Shown here: piece after piece, positions 54,002-62,143 of the stretch
Layout: each line of letters starts with the position of its first letter
Numbering within the stretch: the first letter of the stretch is position 1
Source of the DNA: Candidatus Sulfomarinibacteraceae bacterium
GTDB lineage: Bacteria > Acidobacteriota > Thermoanaerobaculia > Thermoanaerobaculales > Sulfomarinibacteraceae
NCBI GenBank assembly: GCA_963796455.1
Contig: CAWCLO010000001.1
Location: forward strand, 992,001-1,056,000
Direction: 5' to 3'
Length of the DNA stretch: 64,000 nucleotides
Made by a program: the position numbers and the translations under genes
Notes under the pieces: model-generated
Told to the model about the DNA's origin: nothing
The model's database searches: none
Seen by the model: only the letters and a program-made list of their open reading frames with translations

Positions 54002-54839
54002 CACACACGGTTTTCGGGTCGATTTTCGACATTTCCGGTTCGCCTTTGCCCCGTGTTCGCGGCCATATTGCAGCGGCAGCGACAGTGTCCAGCGTCAGCG
54101 ACAGGAACAGCGAACAGGGACAGCGGTCAGTGTTCAGCGACGGAGAGCAGCGGCAGCGGTCAGGAGTACAGGCGACGAAGTGGCCACCTCCGAGTCGTTC
54201 AACAGAAAGGGGTAGCCGGTGGGCGGCCGATGTCAAGGACAGGCAGGGTGCAGGGCATCCTTGACATCGGCCACCACACCGGCTTGTGGGTATGGGCATG
54301 AACGACCCGGAGGTGACCATGTCCAACGCCGCCACGAACACCAACCTCATTGCCCACTCGAAAGCCCTCGAAGCAGCAGGAATCGCGATCAAACTCGTGA
54401 TGAGAGTTCCCGCTCCGCTGAAATCCATAGCCGATCAGGTGATCCGGTCGGCAAGTTCAGTCCCTGCTAACTTGGCGGAAGGGCACGGCCGAGTCGGTAG
54501 AGACCGGTCGAACCACTGGAGAATCGCCTACGCCTCGGCCAAAGAGGTCGACAGCCACTTGGAGCTCCTCGCCCGCGCCGGGGCAGTCAGCCCCAATGGC
54601 GCCAGTGAAGCGATGAATGCCTTCGATCAGGTCCGTGCCATGACCTGGCGATTGCTCAACCCAAAGTCTTGATTTCAGGGCTCCATACCAGTCAAACGTG
54701 ACGCTGACTACTGTTCGCTGGCCGCTGTCCCTGAACGCTGCTACCTGTCGCTGCCCCTGACTCCTGTTAACTGACGCCGTCTGCCGTTCCCCGTGGCTGT
54801 CCCTGAACGTTTTCCGAGCCACCGTCTCGAACAAGGGTG
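53999..54839 (+). mobile_element. Copy F of TIR-bounded element with intact cargo gene (outer ~40 bp of left end absent)
   Basis: TGACAC...CATTTCCGGTTCGC, CAGCG arm at 54069-54165, hairpin, ORF, CGCTG arm at about 54700-54806, end TCTCGAACAAGGGTG. Confidence 0.8.
54319..54672 (+). CDS. Four helix bundle protein (TIGR02436 / 23S rRNA IVS protein family), 117 aa
   Basis: DQVIRSASSVPANLAEGHGR...WRIAYASAKEV matches the family's Q.RRAA.S...NIAEG..R...IA.GS..E pattern; GGAGG RBS at 54309. Confidence 0.9.
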   Translation: MSNAATNTNLIAHSKALEAAGIAIKLVMRVPAPLKSIADQVIRSASSVPANLAEGHGRVGRDRSNHWRIAYASAKEVDSHLELLARAGAVSPNGASEAMNAFDQVRAMTWRLLNPKS

Positions 54840-54851
54840 GCTCTTGCCAAC

Positions 54852-54880
54852 AAAAACGCCCGGCTGCGTTCAGCCGGGCG
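54852..54880 (-). terminator. Intrinsic terminator
   Basis: CGCCCGGCTG-4nt-CAGCCGGGCG perfect stem followed by TTTTT on the minus strand. Confidence 0.8.
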
Positions 54881-55018
54881 ATGTTTGAATCGGGAGGGTC
54901 GGTTCCGCCAATTAGGTAGGAAAAGACGATGGGAAATGTGGCAGGCCTTTAAAGGTTGGCCTTTATCGGCAGGTTTCAAGGTGGTCAGCTTCCCCGGACC
55001 CCTCCCTTTCTCAATTGA
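54852..55018 (-). ncRNA. Candidate ~165-nt small RNA
   Basis: Own promoter-like sequence, 5'/3' closing stem GGGAGGG/CCCTCCC, terminator; no convincing ORF. Confidence 0.4.
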
Positions 55019-55024
55019 TGCCTG

Positions 55025-55053
55025 ATCATAACACGCAGCCCGAACGGAGTCCA
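55025..55053 (-). promoter_or_regulatory. Sigma70-type promoter candidate
   Basis: TGGACT-17bp-TATGAT with extended -10 TG. Confidence 0.55.
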
Positions 55054-55137
55054 GACTATTAGTCCAACAGAATCATGGGTTTGTGATTCTGAATGGCAGT
55101 ATCAATTTCATTGGTCCCCGACCTGAAACGGCGTGTA

Positions 55138-56004
55138 TCACTCGTTGGCGAGACTCAATTCGACGGTGATGTCCCTTCTCTCGCCCTCTGCGAGTTCGAC
55201 CACATCGGACCAACGAAGGAATCCCTCCGCACGGATCTCGACCACATGCTCACCCGCACTGGTCGCCAAGGGGCTCTCCATCGAAGCAAGCTCACCAGCG
55301 GTAGCAACAAACACACCGTCGATAGAGACCCTCGCCTGCTCCGGACTGACGCGAAGAAAAAGCGACGCGTTGTGTTTCGAACTCGCTGAAGGGGGCCCGG
55401 CTGCTCCGTCAATGTCGTTCCGGAGCCTTGGATCAGGCCCTCCGGAGCGCGCCGGGACCGCTACCTGTTGTTGCACCGGATTTTTTGGAGAAAATACGCG
55501 GTCGAGCGGAATCCCCTTGCCAAAGTCCTCCTCAGGCTCGCGGTGCCCACTCGAAGCCCTTAGCAACCGATGGGTCATGTCGTATCGGCAGCGAGGTTGA
55601 ACGTCAAGATCGACCCTTACCGTCTGAAAACCATCGAAGCGCAATTCCAGGACATAAAATCCCGGTTCGAGAAAAAGGAATCCCTTCTTGCCGTTAAAAT
55701 ATCGGGATCTCCCGACGAATTTCTCATCGACATGCACCCGGGCGTCTTTGGGGCGGATATCGAATCTGAGCACCGCGAGATCAGGCCCTGGTGGCGTTTC
55801 GGATGACGGTTCCGGCCCATTCCAATAGGCCGCGACCGGGATGCACTGGAGCTCAACCTGACTCACCTCGGCCGAGGTGTCCTGCGGCACCCCGGGTGGC
55901 GTTGCCTCAGCAGCGCTCGGATTCCCCGATACCGGCGCGACCCCGGCAATCGAAACCGTCAAAACGAGGATTCCGACTCCACACAACCCTCGCAACTTCC
56001 TCAT
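55138..56004 (-). CDS. Exported PEGA-domain protein
   Basis: Signal peptide; two PEGA-like repeats (IRPKDARVHVDE, VSPEQARVSIDG...GEHVVEIRAEGF). Confidence 0.8.
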   Translation of the reverse strand: MRKLRGLCGVGILVLTVSIAGVAPVSGNPSAAEATPPGVPQDTSAEVSQVELQCIPVAAYWNGPEPSSETPPGPDLAVLRFDIRPKDARVHVDEKFVGRSRYFNGKKGFLFLEPGFYVLELRFDGFQTVRVDLDVQPRCRYDMTHRLLRASSGHREPEEDFGKGIPLDRVFSPKNPVQQQVAVPARSGGPDPRLRNDIDGAAGPPSASSKHNASLFLRVSPEQARVSIDGVFVATAGELASMESPLATSAGEHVVEIRAEGFLRWSDVVELAEGERRDITVELSLANE

Positions 56005-56023
56005 GAAGCACCTCCACGAGGAA

Positions 56024-56929
56024 TTAATGCAATCCCTCTGCCAGACCTTCCAGATAGCAGCTGTCGAGGAACTCAGCGTAAACGGCGGGGGGCACGAGAC
56101 CGTCAAAGACCTCGCCAAACTCCACCGCCAGCCGGAGCAGAGCGCGTCGAAGCCGTCTGGAGTGCTTTTTGCCGGTCAGTTTCTCGACTCCGAGGAACGA
56201 CCGCAGCTCGGGATGATGCTCGGCAAAAATGGCCGCAGACAGCCCAGATGTCCTCTGGCGGCGACAAAATGTCCGCGGAAGAATACGGTGGCGATGGATG
56301 GTTCGCGCTCGTGGTTGATAACGAAGAGTCAGCCCCTCTGCCGCAGCGCGATAGGCAAATTCGATGTCTTCCCAGGCTGCAGCCGGGAAATCCTCGCGAA
56401 ATCCCCCGACCCGTTCGAATTCTCCGCGTGCAATAGAGATATTCGATGTGTAGAAAAAATTAAAGGGCACATGACAAGGATCTTCGATCAACAAATAACC
56501 GAACTGGGCTCCCCATTCGTTGATGTGGCGGAGGAATGGGCTCTCGATATCAGTTGGAAAAGAAGTGTAGCCAAGCACAGCGAGCGGCCCATTGCCGCCG
56601 AACAGTCGATGTTCTTCCAAATGATTCAGCAACCAATCCGGCTGGGGGTCGGTATCGTCGCCGAGAAAAAGTATGAGTTCACCATGTGCTGCCTCGACAC
56701 CGAAGTTCCGGGCCCGCGCCGGCCCAGCGTTGGCCTGGTGACGCACGATCAGATCCGATCGATCCGAATGTCCCTGCAACCACGCCCCTGTTCCATCATT
56801 CGAGCCGTCATCGACGACGACAATCTCGAGCTTGCTCCCATCAGGCACCGCCTGTGTTTCGAGCGATCGCACAACACGCTGCAGATCTGCGAGCCGGTTG
56901 TAGGTCGGTATAACGACACTTGCTCTCAT
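56024..56929 (-). CDS. Glycosyltransferase family 2
   Basis: SVVIPTYNR, VVDDGSNDGT, GPARARN, FLGDD, WEDIEFAYR. Confidence 0.92.
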   Translation of the reverse strand: MRASVVIPTYNRLADLQRVVRSLETQAVPDGSKLEIVVVDDGSNDGTGAWLQGHSDRSDLIVRHQANAGPARARNFGVEAAHGELILFLGDDTDPQPDWLLNHLEEHRLFGGNGPLAVLGYTSFPTDIESPFLRHINEWGAQFGYLLIEDPCHVPFNFFYTSNISIARGEFERVGGFREDFPAAAWEDIEFAYRAAAEGLTLRYQPRARTIHRHRILPRTFCRRQRTSGLSAAIFAEHHPELRSFLGVEKLTGKKHSRRLRRALLRLAVEFGEVFDGLVPPAVYAEFLDSCYLEGLAEGLH

Positions 56930-57814
56930 GATTTTTCATACCCCGGCACCAATCCCGAATGGCGCCAAAAAAGGAGAATACCACTCACACAAACCGCGTC
57001 ATCGGCGCCACAGCCCGCCACCCAATCACGGCTTGAGGCCGCTTGGCAAGAGAACGCGAATAGCCGGTGGCGTAGTCGACGGGAATGAACGGAAAATTCC
57101 TCGGCCTTGCAGCGTTCCACGTCCACCCTTATCCGACTGATTGATCGCGCTCGAGGGCCTGCAATTGCTCGATCTCGACCTTCCGGACAACCACCGGGCG
57201 AAGACGCAATCGACTCTCCAGGTGTTCGATCGACACCAAAATTCGGGCATTTCAACACGACGGTCGCCTGAACATGGAAATATTCGTCTTTGTGAGCATG
57301 AAATCAATCGTATGGTAAACCGGTACCGCTACGGAACACGCCACGTGAAAAATGGGCGAAATCTCCCCTGCACTGTATGCGCCGAAGAATTCAGTAGCCC
57401 GGGAGGCCCTCGCGCCACCACCGACCGGGCCGAGCGGGTCGTCTTTGACCACCGCAAGGCACCCGGATCGCCGCCGGAATTGATCTCGCGACCGATCGAG
57501 ATCGCGCTGCCGGCCCCTCGCATCCACCTGGATCCATTGAGCCGGGCCTCGATGACTTCTTTCCATTGCCGGAGATTATACCGAAATCAGAACAATCGCC
57601 ATCTCATCGATCGCAGATCTGAAGTCTGAAATTTATCAGAAACCCGATCTCCTTTACGGATTTTCAAGAACCAACAACCAACCCCATCACCGCACTGAAA
57701 GTCATGGAAACACGGAGATTATGAAAGAATAATCTATTTCAATCCGATTCCGAATCGGCGTGTATGGCTTATATTTCAACTCTTATTTCGTAACAAGTCA
57801 GTTCCAACACAGTG

Positions 57815-57874
57815 AATAAAAATGAGAAAAAGATTTAAAAAATGCTTGACTCACGTTTCAGAAATTCATATGCT
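57815..57874 (+). promoter_or_regulatory. Near-consensus sigma70 promoter with A-rich UP element
   Basis: TTGACT (57846)-17bp-TATGCT (57869); A-tracts at 57815-57842. Confidence 0.7.
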
Positions 57875-57901
57875 GACCACAGTCTCTTGGGGAGGTGTTC
57901 A

Positions 57902-58288
57902 ATGGCGTTCGAAAAGTTCATACCGCCACAAACTTCAGGAGTTCGGCCTCGGGCGACCATTCGACCGAGCGGGTTGATTTCCTTTGATGCTGCTTCGGTG
58001 GAAGCCTTCGGCCTCGACTCGGCGAAGTTTGCCGTCCTGTATTTCGACAAAACACGCAAACTCGTGGGAATACAGATCATCAAAAACGGCACCGATGACG
58101 GCGTGCTAAAACTCTCTCGGAGGCGTCGTTCGGTGAGCCTGAAAGCGCCACAGTTTTTTGATCTTTACGGGCTTTCTTTCGATGAGGCACAGCGCTTTGA
58201 CGTTGGACATGATCCGTCATCGAATATGCTGACGATCAGCTTGAAGAACGTGCAACGACGACGCGGACGGCGCCCGAAGAAATCCTGA
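57902..58288 (+). CDS. Small basic hypothetical protein
   Basis: GGGGAGG RBS, upstream promoter, 128 aa ending RRRGRRPKKS. Confidence 0.75.
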   Translation: MAFEKFIPPQTSGVRPRATIRPSGLISFDAASVEAFGLDSAKFAVLYFDKTRKLVGIQIIKNGTDDGVLKLSRRRRSVSLKAPQFFDLYGLSFDEAQRFDVGHDPSSNMLTISLKNVQRRRGRRPKKS

Positions 58289-58293
58289 TCCAA

Positions 58294-59097
58294 CTATTCC
58301 GAGCGACGCGGCCAGTCCTCACCAATATCAAAGAGATTCCGAAAGCCGGCGGAAGAGATCGAAGCGATTTCGACCGCCGGTTTTTTCCATTCCTTCGCCA
58401 ATTGGTGACCCACCTCCGTGACATATGACGGTTCGTTACGTTTGCCGCGATGTGGGACGGGCGCCAGGAATGGGCTATCCGTTTCAACCAGGACATTTTC
58501 AGGGCGCAAGACTGCGGCCATTTCCCGAATATTGTCGGCTGCTTTGAAGGTCACCATGCCGGAAATCCCGATCGAAAGTCCCAACTCGATGACGCGAAGC
58601 GCCTCTCGAGGACCTTCGGTAAAGGAGTGACAGACTCCCCGCAAAGCGCCACGATGACCTTCGAGCACCGTTTCGAGATCTGACCACGACTCACGGTTAT
58701 GGAGTATGACCGGCAACCTGGCCTCGGCCGCAAGGGCGAGCTGCCACTCGAGGGCGCTCAACTGGTCCTCTCGAGGCGAATTCATGTAGTGATAGTCGAG
58801 CCCGATTTCACCCACGGCCACCACGCCCGGTTCCTCGAGCGCAGCTTCTATCCGTCGTTTGAGCCCGTCGTCAAGGGAGGCCGCATCGTGGGGATGGACC
58901 CCCGCAGCCGCGACGACGCAGCTGGAAAAATCTTGAGCAAGGGAAATCGCCACATCGAGATCATCAGCGCCGGTGGCCGGCACCAGAACCCCAACAACCC
59001 CGGCGGCGAAAGCACGGTCGAGCACTTCGGAAATCTCGTCTGCTTCGAACATTGTCAGATGGGCGTGGGAATCGATCCAGGTGGTGGTTGCTTCCAT
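58294..59097 (-). CDS. tatD: TatD family hydrolase
   Basis: IDSHAHL, GVHPH, VGEIGLDY, LVETDSPFLAPVPHRGKRNEP. Confidence 0.93.
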   Translation of the reverse strand: MEATTTWIDSHAHLTMFEADEISEVLDRAFAAGVVGVLVPATGADDLDVAISLAQDFSSCVVAAAGVHPHDAASLDDGLKRRIEAALEEPGVVAVGEIGLDYHYMNSPREDQLSALEWQLALAAEARLPVILHNRESWSDLETVLEGHRGALRGVCHSFTEGPREALRVIELGLSIGISGMVTFKAADNIREMAAVLRPENVLVETDSPFLAPVPHRGKRNEPSYVTEVGHQLAKEWKKPAVEIASISSAGFRNLFDIGEDWPRRSE

Positions 59098-59146
59098 GGG
59101 GGGAGTGTAACCCGTACGCCGGAGGGCGACCTAGACGACATGGCTT

Positions 59147-59214
59147 GGCTATGGGCTATGGGCTATGGGCTATGGGCTATGGGCTATGGGCTAAAGCTTA
59201 TCGCTTATCGCCTT
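59147..59214. repeat. Heptamer array (GGCTATG)x6.7 with a degenerate inverted arm (TATCGCT)
   Basis: Perfect units at 59147-59193. Confidence 0.9.
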
Positions 59215-59232
59215 CAGCGATGTCAGGCGGCC

Positions 59233-59956
59233 TCAGAGCAGCCCCTCGTCCCTTGCGATCAACATTGCGGCACCAACCACAGCCGCGGTTTCGGCGCGGA
59301 GAATATTGACGCCCAATCGTACGCGGGGCCAGCCTGTTCGTTCGAAGAGATCGATCTCCGCTGGCGGAAAATCCCCCCTCGGGACCCACCGCAAGTGCTC
59401 TCTTCGATCCTCCGGAGATCTCCGGCAGGGGCTGACCATCAGCAATCCGCCACGAGACCGCGATCGCGAAACGATCAACGAACGCCGCAAGCTCCTGAGG
59501 TTCCTCAAGTTCCATCGACCACGGGCGGCGGCACTGTTTGAGCGCCTGCATTGCAGTTCGGCGCCAGTGACCGAGCCGACTGCTGAGATCGCGGCCTCGT
59601 CCCTGGGTTCGCTCGCAGATGACGGGCACAAACCGCCTGACACCAATCTCAACCGCCTTCTGAACTGCCCAATCCATCGCGCTTCGATCGATGATCGCGA
59701 GGCCGAGAGTCACTCCCTGGCCGCCCGGCGGGTCCTTGCGATCGATGGTCAACAGCTCCGCAGACACCCGTCTCGTGGCCAGTTCACGAAGAACAGCCAC
59801 AGCGACGGTCCCACGTCCATCGGCGAGGACGATTTCGTCGCCCGGCCGGCACCTCAAGGCCCCGGCAGCATGCCGCGCTTCAGGTTCTTCGAGATCAACC
59901 GTCTCGCCGGAAGATCCATCCAAAGCATCGATCAGCAACCACGGTCGCTGCTTCAT
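59233..59956 (-). CDS. rsmE: 16S rRNA m3U1498 methyltransferase RsmE, frameshifted near 3' end
   Basis: VQKAVEIGV, QCRR, VGPEGGF, then LGVNILRAETAA in the adjacent frame; follows prmA. Confidence 0.88.
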
Positions 59957-60804
59957 GACGCCACCGCCGCCGTCAAGCACGCCCATTCGCCCATGACCGT
60001 TTGTTCCTCGATGATGAGGCCGGCGGCGGCTAGATTCATCGACACATCCTCCACCTCAGTGAGCAGAATTCCCGAGAAAACCACTCTTCCATGCTCCTGG
60101 AGCGCTCCCCGCAGATCAGCCAGCATGGGCAGAAAATGGGCCGAAATCATATTGCACAAGACAAGGTCGAAGGATGAAGCCGCAACGCCGGAGATCGACC
60201 CGAGAACCAATGTGACGGAGGGGTCCCACTCCTGCTGAGCAAGGACCTGCCGTGCCACCCAGGTCGCCGATGGATCGATATCGATGGCGATGACCCGTTT
60301 CGCACCGGAAAGGTCCGCGGCCAGCGCCAGGATACCCGAACCGGTTCCGAGATCGAGGACGTCGAGACCGACGAGATCCATCCGTTCCAGAGCTTCGAGG
60401 ATCAATTGGGTCGATTCGTGACTGCCGGAACCAAAAGCCATTCGTGGTTCGATCACCAGCCGCCGTCGATCAGGTGGCGCAGGTGAAGGTGTATCCGGCC
60501 GGGGATCGATCCACCAGCGGCGGCCGATGGAAAAAGGGCGCGTCGCTTCGCGATACCGCGCGAGCCAATCGTGGACTGCGATCTCCTCGACGCTCAGATC
60601 CGTGGCACCTACCCCATTCAGCATCGATGCCATCTCGGCGATGGCCGGGGAATCCCGGGCTTCGGTATAGGTGACAACGCGCTGCATTCCGTCGCTGCCG
60701 GGCTCCACCACCGTGCCCAGGATCGGCCACGGGCCCAGAAGTTCAGGGAGATCCTCCTCCAAACCGTCAGGAATCTGGAAACGAAGGCTGATATAGCCGT
60801 CCAC
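59953..60804 (-). CDS. prmA: Ribosomal protein L11 methyltransferase
   Basis: IEPRMAFGSGSHEST, VLDLGTGSGILA, FSGIL; follows dnaJ. Confidence 0.92.
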   Translation of the reverse strand: MDGYISLRFQIPDGLEEDLPELLGPWPILGTVVEPGSDGMQRVVTYTEARDSPAIAEMASMLNGVGATDLSVEEIAVHDWLARYREATRPFSIGRRWWIDPRPDTPSPAPPDRRRLVIEPRMAFGSGSHESTQLILEALERMDLVGLDVLDLGTGSGILALAADLSGAKRVIAIDIDPSATWVARQVLAQQEWDPSVTLVLGSISGVAASSFDLVLCNMISAHFLPMLADLRGALQEHGRVVFSGILLTEVEDVSMNLAAAGLIIEEQTVMGEWACLTAAVAS

Positions 60805-60829
60805 CGGTCAGCTCACGCGCATCGTCTCA

Positions 60830-61969
60830 TCAGTCACCGACGCTGAAAGCGCGTTTGATCCGGTCGAAGAAGCCCATGTCTTCTTCGGGCTCGAGACCCC
60901 CTCCGAGTTCCGCGACCTCTTCGAGGAGCTTTCGTTGATCCCGGGACAGGACTTTTGGCACCACCACCTTCAGGTGAACATAAAGGCTGCCCTGGCGACG
61001 TCCGTTGACGTGCGGCATGCCTGCACCACTGATCCGAAGGATGTCTCCGGGCTGCGCACCGTTGGATATGTCGAGTTTTCGTTCTTCGCCCAATATGGTC
61101 GGTATGGTCACTTGAGTGCCGAGCATTGCCTGAAAAACCGACACTGGAAGCTCGAGGTGGAGATCCGAACCATCGCGTTCGAAGAGCTCGTGGTCTTCGA
61201 TAGCCATGACGACATAAAGATCGCCACGGGGGCCGCCCATCGATCCATCCTCTCCCTCGCCGCCAAGACGCAAGCGCATCCCGTTGTCGACTCCGGGGGG
61301 CACTGTCACCGCGAGGGTCGCTTCCTGTTCAGATCGACCACGACCGTCGCATTCGGTGCAGGGATCACGATTGACCCGGCCCGCGCCACCACAAGAAGGA
61401 CAGGTTTGAGCGACGGAGAGAAAGCCGCGCCGAAAGGCGACCTGGCCCGCGCCCTGGCAGGTGCCGCAACTCTCGGGAGTCGTGCCCGGTTCTGAACCCG
61501 AACCGTCGCATCGATCGCAACTTTCGAATCGCGGCACACGAATCGATTTTTCGACCCCTCGAGCCGCCTCCTCGAGCGTCAGCTTGAGCGTGTATTGAAG
61601 GTCGTGGCCACGGCTCGATCGGCGCCCGGAAGCTCCCCTGCGGGTCCCGAATATGTCTCCGAAACCAAAGAGGTCGCCGAGAATGTCGGCAAAGTCGCCA
61701 AAGGAATTGGGGTCAAATCCCGTAAACGGATCGCCACCGAGGCCCTGATGGCCAAAGCGGTCGTATTGAGCCCGTTTTTCAGCGTTGGACAGGACCGCAT
61801 AGGCCTCCGCCGCCTCTTTGAACCTCTCCTCGGCTGCGGAATCATCGGGGTTTCGATCGGGATGGTTCTCGATCGCGAGCTGCCGGTAAGCAGTCTTGAT
61901 CTCGCCAGCCGACGCATCCCGGGCAACACCAAGGATCTCGTAATAATCTCGCCGGGTCGCCGCACTCAT
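60830..61969 (-). CDS. dnaJ: Chaperone DnaJ
   Basis: [11 protein letters not shown], four CxxCxGxG repeats. Confidence 0.96.
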   Translation of the reverse strand: MSAATRRDYYEILGVARDASAGEIKTAYRQLAIENHPDRNPDDSAAEERFKEAAEAYAVLSNAEKRAQYDRFGHQGLGGDPFTGFDPNSFGDFADILGDLFGFGDIFGTRRGASGRRSSRGHDLQYTLKLTLEEAARGVEKSIRVPRFESCDRCDGSGSEPGTTPESCGTCQGAGQVAFRRGFLSVAQTCPSCGGAGRVNRDPCTECDGRGRSEQEATLAVTVPPGVDNGMRLRLGGEGEDGSMGGPRGDLYVVMAIEDHELFERDGSDLHLELPVSVFQAMLGTQVTIPTILGEERKLDISNGAQPGDILRISGAGMPHVNGRRQGSLYVHLKVVVPKVLSRDQRKLLEEVAELGGGLEPEEDMGFFDRIKRAFSVGD

Positions 61970-62143
61970 CTTGATTCAGCCTGCATTTCTCGCCACCTCA
62001 CCAATGCTGCCCGCGATATCCCGCATCCTTCGGATATGTTCTCGCACTGGATCGTTCGATCGGTGTCACGGTGCCAGGTTCGAAAACGCCATATCATACG
62101 ACATCATTCCGGCCTCGTCACACGCTCCGGCCCGAGTTACCGG

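Noticed and set aside
54261..54296. Sigma70 promoter from TTGACA in the hairpin arm
   Set aside because: No acceptable -10 hexamer at 16-18 bp spacing.
54319..54672. Diversity-generating retroelement (Avd-like gene plus repeated 3' segments as TR/VR)
   Set aside because: No reverse transcriptase in the window, and differences between repeats are mostly synonymous and not adenine-specific.
53999..54839. 23S rRNA intervening sequence
   Set aside because: The flanks are yqgE and a terminator/PEGA gene; no rRNA sequence is present.
56930..57600. Possible gene between the glycosyltransferase and the AT-rich region (ORFs 57141-57629 and 57252-57566)
   Set aside because: No recognisable motif, RBS or clearly preferred frame; may be a decayed or frameshifted gene but cannot be supported.
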